NCBI GenBank assembly: GCA_002317795.1
Contig: NVWC01000002.1
Coordinates: 8,549-20,333, forward strand
Origin: Nitrososphaerota archaeon
GTDB lineage: Archaea; Thermoproteota; Nitrososphaeria; Nitrososphaerales; Nitrosopumilaceae
Reading direction: 5' to 3'
DNA length: 11,785 bases
Numbering within the stretch: position 1 is the first letter of the stretch; each line of letters opens with the position of its first letter. Shown here in pieces: positions 7,257 to 11,785 of the stretch. The notes below the pieces were generated by a model. The model was not told the DNA's origin and did not search any database. It saw only the letters and a program-made list of their open reading frames with translations. The translations under genes and the position numbers were made by a program.

Positions 7257-8381
7257 TCAGTATTGTTTGATTAACTCTGGTGGTGGTTCGATACTTTTTG
7301 TCTGAATGTACTGTTTTAGACCTAACACAGTCTGTTCTAACTCATTACACTTTACAGTCAGAGTAGTCATTTTGTTCTCTACTTCTTTGAAATCAGAAAA
7401 TGTCAAATGTGATTCTACATCAGAATATAGTTCTAGTTTTTTTTCTTCAGCTAATTGATAATACGTATCCATGTAAAATGAGTGACCCATAAGTGATTCT
7501 GAAAAGTCTCGACCACAAACATTTCCGACTGTGGTTCTGAAATATTTTCTAAAACCATAAAAGTGAATAGCTTTGTAACCATTCTCATTAATCACATCAA
7601 GATCTGGTATCTTTGATACGTAGCTACGTAGAGATTTTTGAAGTGATAATTTAGATGATTCAACATTAAAACCAGGTCTTTTTGATTTTCTACCTTTCTT
7701 AGTAGTTGGACCAAAGATGTATGTCTCATTTAGATGAGTGTTGTCTTTGATTTCTGACCAACCAAAGTTTGTTGATAGATAGTCTTTGAGTGATTTTGTA
7801 GCTTCTGTAGTGATGAAAGTCTCTCTTGACTGTCTTGTTTTACTGGTATTACCTCTAATTGTTATTTTTGTCGGATTTGATTGAAAATCAATGTCAGAAA
7901 GTTTTAGCTGAACTAGTTCACCGATTCTTAAACCACTAGAACAAGCTACAAAAATAGCTGTCTGAAGTTTTGGTGGTGAGCTGTGTAATATTCTCAGTAT
8001 CATATCTTTTGTCAGTGGAATTTCTCTTGTCTTGACTAGTTTTGGTACACGAACTGAATATTTGAAATCATCAGAGCTTATTTTTATTTTAGAATATCTC
8101 AAGAATCCTTTGACACCACTAAGATAAGATCGTAGACCTTTTGGTCTAATGTCTAGCTTGTCAAGATAGATGATGAATTCTCGAAGATAGTCATATACGT
8201 CAATTTCATCTGATTTTAGTCGTAAAATAACATCAGATATGTCAATTTCGTATCTGATTTTGGTAAATTTCTGAAGATGATTGAGTGACGTACGATAAGT
8301 TTTGACTGATTTGATACTATGAGATATGACATACACTGAATCTAGAAATCCAGTTTCGTAATCTTGTGTGATTGTACTCAT
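7257..8381 (-). CDS. Tyrosine recombinase/integrase
   Basis: N-terminal SAM-like core-binding domain; SGLRIGEL (R), SKT (K), HFYGFRKYF (R), LMGH (H), DTYY (Y); C-terminal coiled coil. Confidence 0.92.
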   Translation of the reverse strand: MSTITQDYETGFLDSVYVISHSIKSVKTYRTSLNHLQKFTKIRYEIDISDVILRLKSDEIDVYDYLREFIIYLDKLDIRPKGLRSYLSGVKGFLRYSKIKISSDDFKYSVRVPKLVKTREIPLTKDMILRILHSSPPKLQTAIFVACSSGLRIGELVQLKLSDIDFQSNPTKITIRGNTSKTRQSRETFITTEATKSLKDYLSTNFGWSEIKDNTHLNETYIFGPTTKKGRKSKRPGFNVESSKLSLQKSLRSYVSKIPDLDVINENGYKAIHFYGFRKYFRTTVGNVCGRDFSESLMGHSFYMDTYYQLAEEKKLELYSDVESHLTFSDFKEVENKMTTLTVKCNELEQTVLGLKQYIQTKSIEPPPELIKQY

Positions 8382-8397
8382 GCATATTTCTAAACAT

Positions 8398-8433
8398 TAT
8401 ATATAAAATATAAACGTATGTATTTTATATATA
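8398..8433. promoter_or_regulatory. 13-bp perfect inverted repeat over the integrase promoter region
   Basis: TATATATAAAATA-N10-TATTTTATATATA, 17-52 nt upstream of the integrase ATG. Confidence 0.5.
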
Positions 8434-8549
8434 TTGTATATTACATATATTATTAGTAGTTTATGAAGTCTTGTCAATTTTTTAGTCATCTAAAAACTAA
8501 TGTTTTGAACCAGTAGATCTATAGATCACAATGTTGTACACTATCGTAC

Positions 8550-8966
8550 TTGTTAGATGATAATAATTACACACCTATTGGAAAAGATACAAATCCAATT
8601 ATACAAGAAATTTCATATGATTATGATGATATGAAGGGAGTTGTTAATGATACAAATCTCGGATTTGAATCTACATCATATACATTAACAGAAATTTTAG
8701 GGGGTAAATGTACAATATGTAATATTCGTAATACGGTACTTTTGAAAATTCATAGTATTAGAAATGTTGATGATGATCCAAAATTTATCAGACATTTAGT
8801 GAAGAAAATGATTAAAAATGAGAAAGATCCAAGAAAGGATTTTTGTGTTTTATGTTATAATTGTGATATACTTATGAATAAAATTAAAAAATATAGAAAA
8901 TCTACCGGATTACGAGATCTTACTAGAAATGAGTTAGAACAAGAATTACGTGTTGAAATTCATTAA
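8550..8966 (+). CDS. HNH-like Zn-binding protein (degenerate active site)
   Basis: LGGKCTIC...LLKIHSI...FCVLCYNCD: two CxxC pairs with HNH-like spacing. Start uncertain (TTG). Confidence 0.55.
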   Translation: MLDDNNYTPIGKDTNPIIQEISYDYDDMKGVVNDTNLGFESTSYTLTEILGGKCTICNIRNTVLLKIHSIRNVDDDPKFIRHLVKKMIKNEKDPRKDFCVLCYNCDILMNKIKKYRKSTGLRDLTRNELEQELRVEIH

Positions 8967-9007
8967 AAATATTTGAAATTTAATCATTTGATGACAGGTT
9001 ATAGATT

Positions 9008-9177
9008 GTTCATTGCATGAACTATTCACATTTAACAGACAGTCGGTTAAATCAGCTAAAGATGGCCCAAATATGGGCAATCCTTAGAAGAATCAGAATG
9101 ATTTTATCTAATTTTGTAATCATACAGTTCGTAACAAACTACCGAAATAACGGAAGTATTTTTACAATAACTCATTT
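9008..9177. ncRNA. Candidate structured RNA / hairpin cluster between convergent genes
   Basis: Five or six consecutive stem-loops, the longest a 14-bp stem with 2 mismatches at 9056-9087. Confidence 0.3.
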
Positions 9178-9202
9178 ATTCTGAATTTATGTCTAACAGA
9201 GA

Positions 9203-9730
9203 TTATGCTAATTGAACACCATGAAGAATGGTTAATGCTTCAGTAACTTCCTCTAATGTAAAATGAGATTGTGGTTTTAATTGATTTATTATTTCTAGAA
9301 TCCTTTCTGAATCAAAAGTACAGTCATAGTTTATTATGTAATGAACAGAAGCCAAAATTTCCATTTGTCTTGGGTTTTTCTCATTAAGTAGATTGTAGGC
9401 AAAATCTATTGATGAATTGATTCTTTCATAATTTTCATTATTAATATTTCTGAAATATTCAAGTCGGGTAGTACCTTGTTCAGTTAAGGATGTGTTGTAT
9501 TGTCTTGCAACATTGTTTAATTGAATTTCATCAACAGCAATATTATCATTTAGATAAGCATCATCAAAGAATTGTTGGACTTCCTCAGAATAGGGTCCAT
9601 AATTATTCCATCTATAGATAAAATCATCAGTTTGAAGATTTGTAAAATATGTAATTTTATGTAAAGCTTTTTTTCCAGGTACGGTTCCAAATTTATCAAT
9701 TACTGATAGTAGTGTATATTCTTGATTCAT
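9203..9730 (-). CDS. YwgA-like protein (related to SocA/Panacea and DarG-C antitoxin-type domains)
   Basis: GKKALHKITYF...YRWNNYGPYSEEV...MEILASVHY matches the YwgA pattern GRKKLQKxxY...YGPYSxEL...LELxST. Confidence 0.7.
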   Translation of the reverse strand: MNQEYTLLSVIDKFGTVPGKKALHKITYFTNLQTDDFIYRWNNYGPYSEEVQQFFDDAYLNDNIAVDEIQLNNVARQYNTSLTEQGTTRLEYFRNINNENYERINSSIDFAYNLLNEKNPRQMEILASVHYIINYDCTFDSERILEIINQLKPQSHFTLEEVTEALTILHGVQLA

Positions 9731-9833
9731 AGCCCCTGTTGCCCCAATCTTACGATATTCCGATCCTCGAGTATTTATCTCGTTTCATTTGTAATAGGTT
9801 AGTAAAGTATTCACATTTATCAATTTTTTTAAC

Positions 9834-11147
9834 CTATCTTAAAATCGGGTATTTTTCCTTGAGATATTTCATAAGATCATCTTTTTTCTCTTTTCTAACA
9901 TAGATTCGTCTGATTTTAATCGCGTTTCCAAGAGTTACTATGATATTTGAGCTATCTTCCATGGTTTTTGTTTTCTTTGTTTCGTCATCATAAATTTGGA
10001 TAGTTTTAGGATCATCAGGCTCTTCTTCTGCTAATAGTGAAGCAAAGGGACGTAGTTTGTATGATAGTTGAGTAGCTTCATCAAACAGAATGTCTTCGTT
10101 TGTAATGCCTATTTCGTCAAACGCATGATTATCTAATCCATATTTCAGATCATCTTCAACGCTTTTGACAAACATACTCCCTTCAGGAACTATATTTTCA
10201 GAATCTAAGGCTCTAGTATATGGAATTCTGTTTAGAATGGATTTTTTAATATTTTCCATTTTAGGTTCAGTTATTTCTGTAATTTTCTTAATTAACCAAG
10301 AATCATCTAATGTTATAAAATTTTCAATTCCATCTTGTGATTTCAAATCATCAGGTTTTGGATAATCAAATTTATCGATATCTAATAGATGTTCTCCTGC
10401 AATTTTTGTAAGGTTTTCAAAACATCTTTTTGTTTTATGTAGATAAATCTGGCTAAACATGTGATATCGGGCTAGAAGAAATTGTTCAACTGAAAAGAAT
10501 CCTTTTTGAAGAACTACCAATTTTTTTTCTTCGTTGACAATAAGAGAGTCTATCAATCTGTCTAAATCATAAACACCGTATTTTACTCCTGCATAATAGG
10601 AATCACGTAAAAGATAATCACATCTATCCATGTCTATTTGACTCGAAATCAAATCAGCAAGATAGGGTTTATCAGGTGGTGGATTACCTAAAATCAAATC
10701 AGATACATCCTTGGGTTTGATATCAGCTTTTTCTAGAAATTTAGAAAAATGGTTTTCTACTAGAATTGTAGAGTATTTTTCATGTTTCACTGGAATCATT
10801 TTTGAGCTATCTAAAGCATGAGAGAAAGGATGATGTCCTACATCATGTAACAAAGCTGCAAATCGAGCTAGTTGAATATCTTTTTTATCAATATCAACAG
10901 TCAGATCTAATTTTTTTGCATTTTCTTGAATTTTGTTAAGAGCCCTTTCAACTAAGTGCATAACTCCTATTACATGACCAAATCTAGAATGTTCTGCTCC
11001 ATGATATACAAAATAGCCAAAGCTTAGTTGTTTTATTCTTCTTAGTCTTTGAAATACAGGATCCTGAATAATTTCAAATTCTTGATCATAGACTGGGATA
11101 AAACCGTGGATAGGATCCCTTAACTCTTTAATTGGTTTGGTGTCCAA
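9834..11147 (-). CDS. HD-domain phosphohydrolase, SAMHD1/YwfO-like putative dNTP triphosphohydrolase
   Basis: RDPIHG, FQRLRRIKQL, HSRFGH, LLHDVGHHPFSH, DMDRCDYLLRD, RYHMFSQIYLHK; TTG start. Confidence 0.9.
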   Translation of the reverse strand: MDTKPIKELRDPIHGFIPVYDQEFEIIQDPVFQRLRRIKQLSFGYFVYHGAEHSRFGHVIGVMHLVERALNKIQENAKKLDLTVDIDKKDIQLARFAALLHDVGHHPFSHALDSSKMIPVKHEKYSTILVENHFSKFLEKADIKPKDVSDLILGNPPPDKPYLADLISSQIDMDRCDYLLRDSYYAGVKYGVYDLDRLIDSLIVNEEKKLVVLQKGFFSVEQFLLARYHMFSQIYLHKTKRCFENLTKIAGEHLLDIDKFDYPKPDDLKSQDGIENFITLDDSWLIKKITEITEPKMENIKKSILNRIPYTRALDSENIVPEGSMFVKSVEDDLKYGLDNHAFDEIGITNEDILFDEATQLSYKLRPFASLLAEEEPDDPKTIQIYDDETKKTKTMEDSSNIIVTLGNAIKIRRIYVRKEKKDDLMKYLKEKYPILR

Positions 11148-11207
11148 GTGAATAATCTCATATTCTATGATTAATTAACGTGATCGTGTTTTTTATGCTG
11201 TGAAATT

Positions 11208-11609
11208 CTAGAAATTTGACATTTGATTTTTATCAAATGGAGCAGGTAATAATTCAGATAATTTGTATGTCTTATCATCACCATCAACATGAATAAGCAT
11301 GTCCTTATTGAATTCGGCCAAGACTTGTCTGCATATCCCACAAGGAAAGATCGGTTTTTCAGGAGCAATAGAAGATGAAATAGCTATTTCTTTGAAAGAT
11401 TTGTTTCCATCAGAAATCGCTTTAAAAATAGCAGTTCTTTCAGCACAGTTAGTTGCTCCATAAGATATATTTTCAATATTGCACCCAGTGAAAACTTCTC
11501 CATTTTCAGTTAGAATTGCTGCTCCTACTTTAAAATTTGAATAGGGAGAATATGCAAATTCTTTTGCTTCTCTGGCCTTTTTAATTAAATCATCTCTATT
11601 CAACAACAT
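11208..11609 (-). CDS. cdd: Cytidine deaminase, homotetrameric (Bacillus-type)
   Basis: AYSPYSNFKVGAA, GCNIEN, NCAERTA, PCGICRQ, LSELLPAPF; 133 aa with three Cys Zn ligands. Confidence 0.93.
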   Translation of the reverse strand: MLLNRDDLIKKAREAKEFAYSPYSNFKVGAAILTENGEVFTGCNIENISYGATNCAERTAIFKAISDGNKSFKEIAISSSIAPEKPIFPCGICRQVLAEFNKDMLIHVDGDDKTYKLSELLPAPFDKNQMSNF

Positions 11610-11785
11610 GTCAAAACTAAAGTTTGTAATAAAATCTACTAATATTTAAGATTATATAATTTATATATAATATATATTAAATATAGATTATTTTAGACTG
11701 ATTAGGTAAAGCAATAAATTATTTTTAGTTAGAAACCAGGCATCTCAAAACCCGTTTCTTGAGCGAGATCTATCAAATACATTTC

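Larger units (their letters stand above)
1388..11709. mobile_element. Putative integrative element / defence island (boundaries tentative)
   Basis: Tyrosine integrase, many small DNA-binding proteins and TA/defence-type cargo next to housekeeping cbiE. Degenerate 23-bp direct repeat at 1388-1410 and 11687-11709. Confidence 0.55.

Noticed and set aside
8516-8527. 12-bp palindrome GATCTATAGATC
   Set aside because: Single short palindrome; AGATCT-type words are frequent in the window, so no function can be supported.
9111-9180. tRNA or tRNA fragment as the integration target
   Set aside because: Multi-stem but AT-rich, without convincing D-arm, anticodon arm or T-arm geometry; no tRNA was seen in the window.
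9750-9788. 12-codon minus-strand ORF (MKRDKYSRIGIS) between HD and YwgA
   Set aside because: Too short to support, and not in frame with ywgA.
10165-10365. + strand 66-aa ORF
   Set aside because: Antisense within the HD gene.
11171-11368. - strand 65-aa ORF
   Set aside because: Alternative frame overlapping cdd, with no recognisable features.
11741-11770. Weak hairpin CTCAA...TTGAG near the right edge
   Set aside because: Short, imperfect and without context at the window boundary.

Overview
AT-rich window, very likely from a Nitrosopumilus-like ammonia-oxidising archaeon (inferred from protein motifs). The first ~1.35 kb looks chromosomal: the 3' end of a CbiE-type precorrin methyltransferase and a secreted protein with a degenerate cupredoxin domain. 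The rest (~1.4-11.7 kb) looks like an integrative element or defence island centred on a tyrosine integrase. It carries an AbiE-like wHTH/nucleotidyltransferase pair, an orphan DGQHR (DndB-like) protein, a divergent wHTH versus coupled RHH-RHH-AbrB-HNH/wHTH switch, a secreted TPR protein, three small RHH genes missed by the ORF track, and a second degenerate HNH protein. The best candidate for a new system is a co-oriented cytidine deaminase - SAMHD1-like HD dNTPase - YwgA-like cassette, followed by a ~170-nt hairpin-dense intergenic tract. It could act as a two-step dCTP-depletion defence module with protein and/or RNA control. All family calls come from motifs read by eye; no searches were run.
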